This document shows, in pieces, positions 28,672 through 38,916 of a DNA stretch of 64,000 nt. This DNA is from an uncultured Pelagibacteraceae bacterium (GTDB lineage Bacteria > Pseudomonadota > Alphaproteobacteria > Pelagibacterales > Pelagibacteraceae): the NCBI GenBank assembly GCA_902594335.1, contig CACJLY010000006.1, positions 35,183-99,182 of the forward strand, given 5' to 3'. Position 1 is the first letter of the stretch. Each line of letters begins with the position of its first letter. The notes under the pieces are model-generated. The model worked only from the letters and a program-made list of their open reading frames with translations. It did not search any database and was not told the origin of the DNA. Both the position numbers and the translations under genes were made by a program.

Positions 28672-29847
28672 ATGGACTATTCCTTTAAAACTTTTTTAAA
28701 GCATACTGCTAAAGATTTTCATAACCAATCAGTAAATCCACCAGTTGTGAGGGCATCTACTATAATTTTTAAATCTATGCAAGATTTAAGAAGAACTCAA
28801 AGAATGGCTTTAAAGAAACCATTAGGAGGACACCATGACTATGGCAGAAAAGGTACATCAACAACTTTCATATTACAAAAAATACTCACAAAACTAGAAG
28901 AGTCTTACAATGTATTCTTAACACCAACTGGATTTGGTTCTGTTTTTCTTTCTATCTTCAGCGTTACTAGACCAGCAGATGAGATATTAATTTCAGATCC
29001 ATTATACAATCCAACCAGAAATTTAAGCGAAAACTATCTTAAAGAGTTTGGTATCAAAACAAAATTTTATAACCCACATGACTTAAAGTCATTAGAAAAA
29101 AGTGTAACAAATAAAACAAAATTAATTTATGTTGAGTGCCCGGGTAGTAACACCTTTGAGTTTCAAGATCTTTCTAAGATTATTTCTATTGCAAAAAAAA
29201 ATAATATATTTACTGCAATTGATAACACATGGGCCACACCTTACTTTTTAAAACCTATCAAACTAGGGTTTGACATGTCTATTGTATCTGCAACAAAATA
29301 TTATTCAGGTCATTCTGATGTAATGGGTGGTAGCTTAGCAGTTAATAAAAAAGTTTATAAACATGTAAAAAAAGCAGATGATATTTTAGGATTGAGACTT
29401 GGACCAGATGATGCTTACTTAATTACCAGAGGTTTGAGAACTTTGGATATAAGATTAGATAAACATGAATCCAATGCTAAAAAAGTTTGCGAGTTCCTTT
29501 CAAAAAGCAAAAAAGTAAAACTTTTATACCCTTATAAAAAGAGTTCATTTAATTTTAAAATGTGGAAAAAATATTATTCAGGGTCTTCAGGTCTTATGGG
29601 TTTAATCATAAAATCAAAAAGTAGAAAATCAGTTTTAAAATTTGTAAATTCGTTAAAATTGTTTGGTCATGGATATAGTTGGGGAGGCTTTGAAAGTTTA
29701 GCATTGCTGCAAAGTGATATTGAGATGGGAGATAGAAAATTCCTTAATTTAAACAAAAATGAACACTTAGTAAGATTACATATAGGACTAGAAGACCCAA
29801 AAGATTTAATTGCAGATATCAGAAAAAGCCTTATGCTCGTTAAATGA
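28672..29847 (+). CDS. metC: Cystathionine beta-lyase (Cys/Met metabolism PLP enzyme)
   Basis: VNPPVVRAST, DNTWAT, SATKYYSGHSD, SWGGFESL, RLHIGLED. Confidence 0.88.
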   Translation: MDYSFKTFLKHTAKDFHNQSVNPPVVRASTIIFKSMQDLRRTQRMALKKPLGGHHDYGRKGTSTTFILQKILTKLEESYNVFLTPTGFGSVFLSIFSVTRPADEILISDPLYNPTRNLSENYLKEFGIKTKFYNPHDLKSLEKSVTNKTKLIYVECPGSNTFEFQDLSKIISIAKKNNIFTAIDNTWATPYFLKPIKLGFDMSIVSATKYYSGHSDVMGGSLAVNKKVYKHVKKADDILGLRLGPDDAYLITRGLRTLDIRLDKHESNAKKVCEFLSKSKKVKLLYPYKKSSFNFKMWKKYYSGSSGLMGLIIKSKSRKSVLKFVNSLKLFGHGYSWGGFESLALLQSDIEMGDRKFLNLNKNEHLVRLHIGLEDPKDLIADIRKSLMLVK

Positions 29848-31067
29848 GCGCAGAAAAATTTTTCACTAGTAAAAAGGCCCTAATCACACTTGTAGCAGCT
29901 TCATTAACAGTTATTTTTGCAATGGGTATTAGGCAAACATTTGGTCTTTTTTTTTTTGATTTCAATGCAGATCTAAATATTTCTATTTCACATTTTGGTT
30001 TTGTAATCGGGTTGCAGCTTTTAATGTGGGGGATTTTTAGTCCAGTTTTTGGTTTCATTACTGATAAATATGGAGGAGCAACAGCTATTTTTGTTGGTTT
30101 TTTATTTTTTTTAGCGGGGCTATTACTTTTTTACTCAGGTCTTAACACTGGGCACTATTTTACACTTACAATTGGAGTGTTAATAGGTATTGGACTAGGT
30201 GGCACCGCTATTAGCATTCCCGTATCTGTTGTAGCCAAACATTTTCCAGCTTCGAATAGAACAATTGCTACAGGCATTGTTACTTGCGCAGGATCTTTTG
30301 GTTTTTTTGTTTCACCTTTATTGGTCAGATATTCTCTAATTGAAATGGGTTGGGAAATTACCATCTTATACTTTTGCTTTCTTTTAGGCATGGGATTAAT
30401 TGTTGCTTTATTTGTCAATACACCCAAAGTTCCAGTAGGTAGTAGTAATCTAGATAATAATCAAACAGCATCGGAAGCTCTTAAAGAAGCTTTTGGAAAT
30501 AAAAGCTTTATTTTTTTAACTCTTGGATTTTTTGTTTGTGGTTGGCACATTGCTTTAGTTGCAACACATATCCCAACTTATATGATGGATAGAGGTTTGC
30601 CTGATTGGACGGCCGCAATGATATTAGCATTAGTTGGTGTATTTAATATGATAGGAACAATTGGGGCAGGATTTTTAGCCACTAGGTATAGTAAAAAAAA
30701 AGTACTAAGCGCAATCTATTTTTTAAGAGGTGTATCATTAATTTATTTTATATTTTTACCACCAAGCGTATTTAATTGTGTTGTCTTTGGAGTTACCTTT
30801 GGCCTTCTATGGCTTTCTACAGTACCTCCAACAAATGGAATAGTTGGGCATATATTTGGAACAAAACATCTAGGTCTTTTATATGGTATAGTTTTTGTTA
30901 GTCATCAAGTTGGATCTTTCCTTGGAGCATATCTAGGGGGAGTTTTTTATGAGATGCATGGTAATTTTGACTACGCTTGGTACGCATCTATCGCATTATC
31001 AATTTTTGCAGGTGTGATACACTTACCTATAATAGAGAAAACAATTGAAAGAGTTCAGCCAGCATAA
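29844..31067 (+). CDS. MFS transporter
   Basis: About 12 TM segments, GIRQTFG, WLSTVPPT, HQVGSFLG. Confidence 0.88.
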   Translation: MSAEKFFTSKKALITLVAASLTVIFAMGIRQTFGLFFFDFNADLNISISHFGFVIGLQLLMWGIFSPVFGFITDKYGGATAIFVGFLFFLAGLLLFYSGLNTGHYFTLTIGVLIGIGLGGTAISIPVSVVAKHFPASNRTIATGIVTCAGSFGFFVSPLLVRYSLIEMGWEITILYFCFLLGMGLIVALFVNTPKVPVGSSNLDNNQTASEALKEAFGNKSFIFLTLGFFVCGWHIALVATHIPTYMMDRGLPDWTAAMILALVGVFNMIGTIGAGFLATRYSKKKVLSAIYFLRGVSLIYFIFLPPSVFNCVVFGVTFGLLWLSTVPPTNGIVGHIFGTKHLGLLYGIVFVSHQVGSFLGAYLGGVFYEMHGNFDYAWYASIALSIFAGVIHLPIIEKTIERVQPA

Positions 31068-32259
31068 ATTTAAGTATAATAAATATTTAGAAAAACTTTA
31101 CCAGTCTAATAAGCCCCTTATTATCTATAAAGTTGATGGGGGCTATAATATTTATACGGATTTTTCAAAGAAAATAACACTTAATAAAAATAATATTGCA
31201 AAATTTTTAGATAGCTTTTCTTCAAAAAAATATAGAAAAGAAACCGACTTATACGTGGGATTTTTTGGTTATGAGATTTTATGTAATCTTTTAAATTTAT
31301 CTTTAAAAAATCAAAAAAAAATGAACTTCTACAAAGGTATTTTTTATAAGCCTGAAACTTTAATCAAAATAAGAAACAAAATTATAATTCATTCAAATTT
31401 AAAAAAAGATGAATTCAATGAAGTTTTTCAAAAAACTAAAATTCTTAGCCCTTTCAAACTAAATATAGAATTTAATAAATACCAAAAAATATTTGATTCA
31501 TTTTCTAGAAAAATTAGAGAAGGAGAAACTTATCAAATAAAAATATGTACAAAATATAAGAATAAATCGACTATTAATTCAATAAATTTCTTTTGGAAAC
31601 TAATGAAGATAAACTCATCACCTGAGTCTTTTATGATCAGAGATAAAGATTACTCTATAGTTAGCTGTTCCCCTGAGACTTTAATCAATAGAGTTGGCAA
31701 TTTTATTAATACTAAACCTATTGCTGGAACCTTAAAAAAAAATAAATATACAACAAGGTCTAAAGCTCTCAAATTCTTTAGAAACAACATCAAAGAAACT
31801 AAAGAACATAATATGATTGTTGATCTTGAGAGAAATGATCTATCTAGAATATGCAAACCAGGTTCAGTAAAAATCAAAAAACAAAAATATGTAGAAGAAT
31901 ATAAGCACCTATATCACTATGTAACTAGTATTATTGGCAAATTAAATCAAAAAACATCTGTTAAAGAAATAATTAAGTCAATGATGCCGGGCGGATCTGT
32001 CATTGGTTGTCCTAAAATAAGAACATTGGAATTGCTTAATTCACAAGAAAAGGAGGATAGAAATATTTTCACAGGGAGTTTTGGGTATATAAAATTTAAT
32101 GAAGACATGAGGTTTAATATAATTATTAGATCAATTTTAAATTTTAAAAATAGATCAGAGGTATCTGCAGCTTCTGGAGTTGTGTTGGATAGTAATTCAA
32201 AGAAAGAATTTAATGAAAACTTTATTAAAGCAAAATCACTTTTGGAATTATTTAAATGA
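31045..32259 (+). CDS. pabB: Chorismate-binding protein, aminodeoxychorismate synthase component I-like
   Basis: GETYQ, SPE, KPIAGT, EHNMIVDLERNDL, GCPKIR; followed by pabA- and pabC-like genes. Confidence 0.75.
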   Translation: MKEFSQHKFKYNKYLEKLYQSNKPLIIYKVDGGYNIYTDFSKKITLNKNNIAKFLDSFSSKKYRKETDLYVGFFGYEILCNLLNLSLKNQKKMNFYKGIFYKPETLIKIRNKIIIHSNLKKDEFNEVFQKTKILSPFKLNIEFNKYQKIFDSFSRKIREGETYQIKICTKYKNKSTINSINFFWKLMKINSSPESFMIRDKDYSIVSCSPETLINRVGNFINTKPIAGTLKKNKYTTRSKALKFFRNNIKETKEHNMIVDLERNDLSRICKPGSVKIKKQKYVEEYKHLYHYVTSIIGKLNQKTSVKEIIKSMMPGGSVIGCPKIRTLELLNSQEKEDRNIFTGSFGYIKFNEDMRFNIIIRSILNFKNRSEVSAASGVVLDSNSKKEFNENFIKAKSLLELFK

Positions 32260-32813
32260 TTTATATTATTGATCATCAAGATTCATTTACTTGGAATGTA
32301 GTTCATCAATTTTCTGAATTTGATGAAGTATATTGCTCAAATTACTTTGATATTAATAAAAAATTATTGGATAAATCCAAAACAATAGTATTTTCTCCTG
32401 GACCAGGATCGCCTAATGATTATCCAACATCTTTAAAGATTTATAATAAATTCAAAGGAACAAAAAAAATTATTGGTATTTGTCTAGGTTATCAATTGAT
32501 CTTACATAGTGAAAATGGAAAAATTATTCAGCAAAAAAATATTTACCATGGTTTTCAATCAACTGTAAAAGTTACAAGTAATCATTCTATTTTTAAAAAA
32601 AATTCAATTTTTAAGGTTGGCAGGTATCATTCCCTAAAGTTAAAAGAACCTTTTATAAATGAAAACTTTAATATCACAATGAGATGTACAAAATCTAATA
32701 TAGCAATGGGTTTCGAAAATACTCAAGATGATGTATATGGATTTCAGTTTCACCCAGAATCTTTTTTGACAAATAATGGTAAAATACTTATTAAAAAAAT
32801 CTTATCAGCGTAA
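32256..32813 (+). CDS. pabA: Glutamine amidotransferase component II
   Basis: DSFT, SPGPG, GICLG, RYHSL, QFHPES. Confidence 0.8.
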   Translation: MIYIIDHQDSFTWNVVHQFSEFDEVYCSNYFDINKKLLDKSKTIVFSPGPGSPNDYPTSLKIYNKFKGTKKIIGICLGYQLILHSENGKIIQQKNIYHGFQSTVKVTSNHSIFKKNSIFKVGRYHSLKLKEPFINENFNITMRCTKSNIAMGFENTQDDVYGFQFHPESFLTNNGKILIKKILSA

Positions 32814-33546
32814 AAACTTTAGAGAAGTTAAGTTTGATGATCTATGGAACAAGGATGGAGTTTTTACAACAATGTGGATCTATAATAAGCCACCTAAAAT
32901 TCTTTTTTTCAAAACACACATTGATAATTTAATAAAATCATTAAAGGCCTATAAGATCTATGAAAAAGGAATAAAAAGTAAAATATTAAAATTAATAAAT
33001 GAAAATATAGATAAAACTATATCCTATAATCATTTACTTAGAGTTGCTTTAAATAAAAAAACTATTTCAATATCACTTAGAGACAGAGTTAAACCTAAGC
33101 AAAAATTTGGTATTAAATTAGTCCACTATGAAAGAGTGAAACCTGAATATAAAAATTTAAAATACAAAAAAATACTAGGTTACTTATCGAAAATGAATAC
33201 TTCAAAAGAAGACATTGCTTTATGTGTTAATGATAAAATATTTGAAACTGGAACTTCAAATTTATTATTTGTTAAAAAGAATAAAATTTACTCAGCAAAA
33301 AATAAATATTATAGAGGAACAAACCTTAAATTTTATGAAAAAAAATTTAATATTATAAAAAAAAATATTTATCTAAAAGAATTAAATCAATTTGATGAAA
33401 TCTTGCTTGTTGGTTCTGGTAAGGGAGTAGTTTCCACAAGTTATATTGTAGATAACAATTGGAAGAGAAAGAAAAACAAAATATTTAATTCAATGTACAA
33501 AACTTTTGAAAAAGAATTTAAAAAAGAAAAATATATTTTTAATTAA
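32776..33546 (+). CDS. pabC: Class IV PLP enzyme, 4-amino-4-deoxychorismate lyase-like
   Basis: GVFTT, ETGTSNL, RGT; third gene of the pab-like cluster. Confidence 0.6.
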   Translation: MVKYLLKKSYQRKNFREVKFDDLWNKDGVFTTMWIYNKPPKILFFKTHIDNLIKSLKAYKIYEKGIKSKILKLINENIDKTISYNHLLRVALNKKTISISLRDRVKPKQKFGIKLVHYERVKPEYKNLKYKKILGYLSKMNTSKEDIALCVNDKIFETGTSNLLFVKKNKIYSAKNKYYRGTNLKFYEKKFNIIKKNIYLKELNQFDEILLVGSGKGVVSTSYIVDNNWKRKKNKIFNSMYKTFEKEFKKEKYIFN

Positions 33547-33549
33547 AAA

Positions 33550-33951
33550 ATGAGAGATCCCAATAATCCATGTCTATTTTGTAATATATCCAACAATGAT
33601 TTCGAACTAGAAAATGAATTGGCCTATGCTAGCTATGATACTTATCCAGTTTCAAAGTATCATGCTTTAATTGTTCCAAAGAGACATGTAGAAAATTATT
33701 TTGAACTAAATAACGAGGAAGTTCTAGCTTGTGACGCTCTTCTAAAAGAACTTAAAAAAAAACTTGAATATAAAGATAATACAATCGAAGGATTTAATGT
33801 TGGGTCAAACTCTGGCAAAACTGCAGGACAATCAATTAATCATTGTCACATTCATCTGATTCCAAGAAGATCTGGAGACGTTGATAATCCCCAAGGTGGA
33901 GTTAGAAGTGTAATTGCCCCGAAACAACATTATGTACGTAAAACTAAATAA
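33550..33951 (+). CDS. HIT family nucleotide hydrolase
   Basis: CLFC, PVSKYHALIVPKRH, AGQSINHCHIHLIPR histidine triad. Confidence 0.92.
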   Translation: MRDPNNPCLFCNISNNDFELENELAYASYDTYPVSKYHALIVPKRHVENYFELNNEEVLACDALLKELKKKLEYKDNTIEGFNVGSNSGKTAGQSINHCHIHLIPRRSGDVDNPQGGVRSVIAPKQHYVRKTK

Positions 33952-33992
33952 TAATTACCTTTATAAGCTGTTGAAATGTCATTTTATCGCGG

Positions 33993-34021
33993 TTGATCTA
34001 TCTAAATAAGTGTACTAAAAA
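33993..34021 (+). promoter_or_regulatory. Putative sigma70 promoter of aprMBA
   Basis: TTGATC-17 nt-TAAAAT. Confidence 0.45.
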
Positions 34022-34047
34022 TCTTATGCGGAAGGAACAAATTCACT

Positions 34048-34848
34048 ATGATATCAACTAATCCATTTTTAATATTAGCTGAGACAGTACCACCATTTTT
34101 GATGCAATCTTTTGTTGTTTTAATGGGTTTACTAATTTTAGTTGGAACAGTTATGGATATTATTCATAAAAAAAATGTGAAGTACTTCTTCAATAATGCA
34201 AAAAAAGCAAAATTATCAGCTACGAAAACTTTATCAACAGGAGAGAGAATATCTGTCATCTCAAAAACTATAGCAAGCGACATTGCTACTACATCAGAAC
34301 TTGGAGCTGGTAAAAGAAGAGTGGCGCATGTAATGGGAATGTACGGAACTATACTTTTTTGGGTAGGTTCAGTTGTAATGATCTTCTTTTATACATCGCC
34401 AGGATCTACAACCCCTGCAGTATGGCCAATGATATGGCATATTGGAGCAGCACTTACTGTATTAGGAGGATCTTGGTTTTGGTTCTTTTTAAGAGTTGAT
34501 GTTTATTCAGAGGCACAACCTTGGTTTAGAGTGATTAAAGCTGACTTATTTGTTTTAGCATTAATTGCATCGTCTTTATTTGGTTTGATATGGTCTTATC
34601 TTCAATCACTAAATCTTATTGGAAGATATGATGATATGGTTTTCTTGACATTATTTATTGCAGCAAATTTGATTTTATTTGGCGGAGTATATTGGTCAAA
34701 ATTTGCTCATATGTTCTATAAACCTGGTGCAGCACTACAAAAAAATTTAGCAGAAGCTGATGGTTCTAGAGATAATCTACCACCAGAGGCAGATGCACCT
34801 GAGCAATTTGGCTTAGGTATAAAAAGAGAAGAGCCAAAACATTATTAA
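34048..34848 (+). CDS. aprM: APS reductase membrane anchor
   Basis: Membrane protein directly upstream of aprBA; WSKFAHMFYKP. Confidence 0.88.
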   Translation: MISTNPFLILAETVPPFLMQSFVVLMGLLILVGTVMDIIHKKNVKYFFNNAKKAKLSATKTLSTGERISVISKTIASDIATTSELGAGKRRVAHVMGMYGTILFWVGSVVMIFFYTSPGSTTPAVWPMIWHIGAALTVLGGSWFWFFLRVDVYSEAQPWFRVIKADLFVLALIASSLFGLIWSYLQSLNLIGRYDDMVFLTLFIAANLILFGGVYWSKFAHMFYKPGAALQKNLAEADGSRDNLPPEADAPEQFGLGIKREEPKHY

Positions 34849-34882
34849 TATGATAAAAATTAAAAAGGAGAAAAATTAAATT

Positions 34883-35353
34883 ATGTCAACTTTTGTATAT
34901 ATGACTCGTTGCGATGGCTGTGGTCACTGCGTAGATATTTGTCCATCGGATATAATGCATATCGATGAAACAATAAGAAGAGCAAAAAATATTGAGCCAA
35001 ACTTCTGTTGGGAGTGCTATTCGTGTGTGAAGGCATGCCCTAATCATGCAATAGATGTAAGAGGTTATGCTGATTTCGCACCAATGGGACACAGTGTAAG
35101 AGTTAGACGGGAAGAAGAAAAAGGAACTATTTCATGGAAAATAAAATTTAGAAACGGAACTACAAAAGATTTTGTATCTCCAATTACAACTAAACCTTGG
35201 GGAAAGTTTATTCCAAAACTTGCAGAAGGAGATAAACCAAATCAAGGAGAGATAAATTCTCAAAGATTATACACTGAGCCAGAAGGTCTAAATATTGATG
35301 GAGAACTACCATCAGTTCCTAAAGAAACTTTCAAAAAGGGAGTTTATTATTAA
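34883..35353 (+). CDS. aprB: Adenylylsulfate reductase beta subunit
   Basis: CDGCGHCVDICP and CWECYSCVKACP [4Fe-4S] motifs, RGYADF. Confidence 0.96.
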   Translation: MSTFVYMTRCDGCGHCVDICPSDIMHIDETIRRAKNIEPNFCWECYSCVKACPNHAIDVRGYADFAPMGHSVRVRREEEKGTISWKIKFRNGTTKDFVSPITTKPWGKFIPKLAEGDKPNQGEINSQRLYTEPEGLNIDGELPSVPKETFKKGVYY

Positions 35354-37215
35354 TGGCTAAACATAAAACACATTACGAAGATTGTGACGTTCTAGTAGTA
35401 GGAGGTGGAATGGCTGGAACGGGCGCTGCTTTTGAAGCAAGGCATTGGGGAAGAGACTTGAAAATTGTTTGTGTTGAAAAAGCAAACATAGATAGAAGTG
35501 GTGCGGTTGCTCAAGGATTGTACGCAATTAACTGCTACATGGGTATGCAATGGGGTGAAAACCAACCTGAAGATCACGTTAGATATGCACGTAATGATCT
35601 AATGGGAATGGTAAGAGAAGATTTAGGTTATGACATGGCGCGTCACGTAGACTCAACAGTTCATATGTTTGATGAGTGGGGCCTACCAATGATGAAAAAT
35701 GAAAAAACTGGTCGATACCTTAGAGAGGGTAAATGGCAAATCATGATTCATGGTGAAAGCTATAAACCGATAGTTGCTGAAGCTGCTAAAAAATCAGCTG
35801 ATAAAATTTACAATAGAATAATGATCACTCATCTTTTAATGGATGAGGAAAAAGAAAATAGAGTGGGTGGAGCTGTTGGGTTTAATATGAGAACAGGTGA
35901 TTTTCATGTTTTCAGAGCAAAAACAGTTATAGTTGCAGCTGGTGGAGCATCTCACATATTTAAGCCGAGAGCTGTTGGAGAAGGTATGGGAAGAACCTGG
36001 TATGCTCCTTGGAGTAACGGTTCAGCTTATGCACTTCCTATAGCAGCTGGAGCAAAAATGACTCAAATGGAAAATAGAATAGTGTTATGTAGATTTAAAG
36101 ATGGATACGGTCCAGTTGGAGCATATTTCTTACACCTTAAAACCTATACTCAAAATGCTAATGGAGAAAACTACGAGAAGAAATGGTATGATCAAACTAA
36201 AGAATTGGTAGGCGAATATATAGATCATCACCCAACACCAACATGCTTAAGAAATCATGCATTTATTCAAGAAACAATGGCAGGTGGTGGTCCAATACAC
36301 ATGGTCACTACAGAGGCTTTCCAAGATCCACATCTAGAAACTGTTGGGTGGGAAAATTTCCTTGGAATGACAGTTGGTCAAGCTGTTGTTTGGGCGTCAC
36401 AAAATATTGATCCAAAATACACAAATCCAGAACTTACTACATCCGAGCCTTATGTTATGGGTTCTCATGCCACATGTTCAGGTGCATGGGTAAGTGGACC
36501 AGAAGATCTATCACCGCCAGAATATTTCTGGGGTTATAATAGAATGTTAACAATTGAGGGACTTTTTGGAGCTGGAGATACTGTTGGAGGGAGTGCACAT
36601 AAATTTTCATCTGGCTCATTCACAGAAGGTCGTCTAGCAGCAAAAGCAGCAGTTAAATACATTGAGGATCAAAAAGCCAATAATATTAAAGTAAGTGACA
36701 AACAATGTGAGGACTTTAAAACAGCTGTTTATAAACCACTTGAAAATTATACTGTTGGAAGAAATGAGATAACTGGAGGAACTGTTTCTCCTAGTTATAT
36801 CTCTCCAATTCAGGGACTTCAAAGACTTCAAAGAATTATGGATGAGTACGTTGGAGGAATAGCAACAAATTACATGACTAACGCAAATATGCTTAAAAAA
36901 GGTTTGGAATTACTTAAATGGCTTGAAGAGGATCTAGAAAATGTTGGAGCAGAGGACTATCATCAGTTAATGAGAGCTTGGGAGCTCAAACATAGAGCTT
37001 TAACATCTCAGTGTGTAACAGAACATACAATGTTTAGAGAAGAAACTAGATGGCCAGGCTACTATTACAGAGGTGACCATATGAAACTTGATGATGATAA
37101 TTGGCACTGTCTAACAGTTTCTAGAAGAGATCCTAAAACTGGTAAGTTCTCAATGGAAAAGGTGCCCGTTTACCATATCGTAGATGAGAACGAGAAGAAA
37201 AAAGAAGCTTCTTAA
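35353..37215 (+). CDS. aprA: Adenylylsulfate reductase alpha subunit
   Basis: RSGAVAQGL, WQIMIHGES, RFKDGYGPVG, HKFSSGS, REETRWPGYYYR. Confidence 0.97.
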   Translation: MAKHKTHYEDCDVLVVGGGMAGTGAAFEARHWGRDLKIVCVEKANIDRSGAVAQGLYAINCYMGMQWGENQPEDHVRYARNDLMGMVREDLGYDMARHVDSTVHMFDEWGLPMMKNEKTGRYLREGKWQIMIHGESYKPIVAEAAKKSADKIYNRIMITHLLMDEEKENRVGGAVGFNMRTGDFHVFRAKTVIVAAGGASHIFKPRAVGEGMGRTWYAPWSNGSAYALPIAAGAKMTQMENRIVLCRFKDGYGPVGAYFLHLKTYTQNANGENYEKKWYDQTKELVGEYIDHHPTPTCLRNHAFIQETMAGGGPIHMVTTEAFQDPHLETVGWENFLGMTVGQAVVWASQNIDPKYTNPELTTSEPYVMGSHATCSGAWVSGPEDLSPPEYFWGYNRMLTIEGLFGAGDTVGGSAHKFSSGSFTEGRLAAKAAVKYIEDQKANNIKVSDKQCEDFKTAVYKPLENYTVGRNEITGGTVSPSYISPIQGLQRLQRIMDEYVGGIATNYMTNANMLKKGLELLKWLEEDLENVGAEDYHQLMRAWELKHRALTSQCVTEHTMFREETRWPGYYYRGDHMKLDDDNWHCLTVSRRDPKTGKFSMEKVPVYHIVDENEKKKEAS

Positions 37216-37231
37216 TTGATACAAATCAGAA

Positions 37232-37582
37232 ATGGCTCTTTTAGATAAATCCGACGAGGAAATTATTAAAATTGCAGAACCTATGTGGGCTAACTTAGTT
37301 AAGTCCTCAAACATCAAAGATTATGGTGGCTTTACTCGAGATTTGTCCTCTCAAATGATGTATGGAGCTAACGAAGTTGAACTCGGAAAACAATGGGCAA
37401 ACAACGAGTTAATTTCAAGTTTAGCTGAGGGATGCAAATCCATAGGTTGTCTGAGAAGAGGTCTTTACATAACAGTCTTATATAAACAGACTAGCACAAA
37501 GATCCCCGGAGACTTTTTGGGAAGATTAGTTCTTGGTCAAGAGGGGGATGAAGTCAAAGTGTTTGGTGCTACAATTTTCTAA
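37232..37582 (+). CDS. Hypothetical protein directly downstream of aprA
   Basis: 116-aa ORF 16 bp after aprA; no motif recognised. Confidence 0.7.
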   Translation: MALLDKSDEEIIKIAEPMWANLVKSSNIKDYGGFTRDLSSQMMYGANEVELGKQWANNELISSLAEGCKSIGCLRRGLYITVLYKQTSTKIPGDFLGRLVLGQEGDEVKVFGATIF

Positions 37583-37633
37583 ACTTTTTTAAATAATATT
37601 TGCATTTATTACAACTTGTGGTATTCCGCGAGT

Positions 37634-37780
37634 ATGTTTCAAATGATAAATCATAATTTAAAAAAATTACCTTTATTCTTTGAAAATCAACTAAGTAAAA
37701 TAATTAAATCATTTTTATATCTATTTATCTTCTTTGCTTGGGGCATGATTCTTCTTAGTACTGCTCAGAATTTTATCTAA
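37634..37780 (+). CDS. 48-aa membrane microprotein, possibly leaderless (not in supplied ORF track)
   Basis: MFQMINHNLKKLPLFFENQLSKIIKSFLYLFIFFAWGMILLSTAQNFI; TTGCAT-16-TATTCC upstream would start transcription near the ATG. Confidence 0.45.
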   Translation: MFQMINHNLKKLPLFFENQLSKIIKSFLYLFIFFAWGMILLSTAQNFI

Positions 37781-37830
37781 AGTTACTCATATTTATTGAC
37801 TTTATATTCTTAGAGGAATAATTACTTTAA

Positions 37831-38916
37831 ATGGAGTATTTTCTTCCAATCGCACAAGTCGAAATTAATTTACTTTTTATATTTGGTTTAAGTTTAGTTG
37901 TAGGAATTTTATCTGGTTTATTTGGAGTAGGTGGTGGATTTTTGATGACACCTTTTTTAATTTTTTTAGGTGTACCTCCTATTTATGCAGTTCCTAATGA
38001 GGCTAGTAATATTTTAGGAACTTCTGTCTCTGGATCTACAACTCATTATCTCAAAGGAACACTCGATTACAAAATGGGTTTCATGATTGTCATTGGAGGA
38101 ACTGTCGGAACAATACTTGGAATTATAACTTTTTCATATTTCAAAGATATTGGAAAAATCAATGTAGTTATCTCTTTAGCTTATATGTATATCCTTGCAA
38201 TTTTAGGAACTTTTATGCTTGTTCAGGGAGTCTCAGAAATTGATAAAGCAAGAAAAAAAATAACTGAAAGAAAAAAGCTGCATAAACATTATTGGATACA
38301 TGGTCTTCCTTTCAGAGTGCGTTTTAAAAAGTCTCAACTTTATGAAAGTGCGTTTACTCCAATAATAATTGGTTTGATAGTTGGTTTCATTGCCGCAATA
38401 ATGGGGATAGGTGGTGCTTTTATTTTGGTTCCAGCAATGATTTATATTATTGGAATGCCAACAAGGTTAATTCCAGGAACTTCCCTCTTTGTAACTATAT
38501 TTATAAGTGCGATTGTAACAATTTTACATGCTTTAAACTATGGAACTATAGATTTAATTTTAGTTACAGTATTAATTTTAGGTTCGATAATTGGTGTTCA
38601 GTTTGGACAAAAAATTGGAGAAAAAATCGATAGCTCAGAATTTAAAACTATTTTAGCAATATTATTATTATTAGTTGGTATAGCAATTGCTTATGATACT
38701 TTTATTAAAGATGAAAAAACAGTTAACACTGTTTTAAATGGTGCTAGTAGTTTAGGACCACTAAGTGAATTCATATTGAATTTTTCAAGAGATTTACCAA
38801 TATTTTATGGTCTAACTTCTGTACTTCTTGCTTTAGTGCTTGGAGTCGGTGCAGCAATTATAAGAAGAATTTACTCTAATTGGGACGATAAAAGACTAGC
38901 TAAATTAAAAAAATAA
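37831..38916 (+). CDS. TauE/SafE (TSUP) family sulfite exporter
   Basis: GLFGVGGGFLMTP and MGIGGAFILVP repeats, PGTSLF. Confidence 0.88.
   Translation: MEYFLPIAQVEINLLFIFGLSLVVGILSGLFGVGGGFLMTPFLIFLGVPPIYAVPNEASNILGTSVSGSTTHYLKGTLDYKMGFMIVIGGTVGTILGIITFSYFKDIGKINVVISLAYMYILAILGTFMLVQGVSEIDKARKKITERKKLHKHYWIHGLPFRVRFKKSQLYESAFTPIIIGLIVGFIAAIMGIGGAFILVPAMIYIIGMPTRLIPGTSLFVTIFISAIVTILHALNYGTIDLILVTVLILGSIIGVQFGQKIGEKIDSSEFKTILAILLLLVGIAIAYDTFIKDEKTVNTVLNGASSLGPLSEFILNFSRDLPIFYGLTSVLLALVLGVGAAIIRRIYSNWDDKRLAKLKK

Noticed and set aside
34048-37215. aprBA as evidence of dissimilatory sulfate reduction
   Set aside because: An AprM anchor and the absence of qmo, dsr and sat in the window fit the oxidative lineage.
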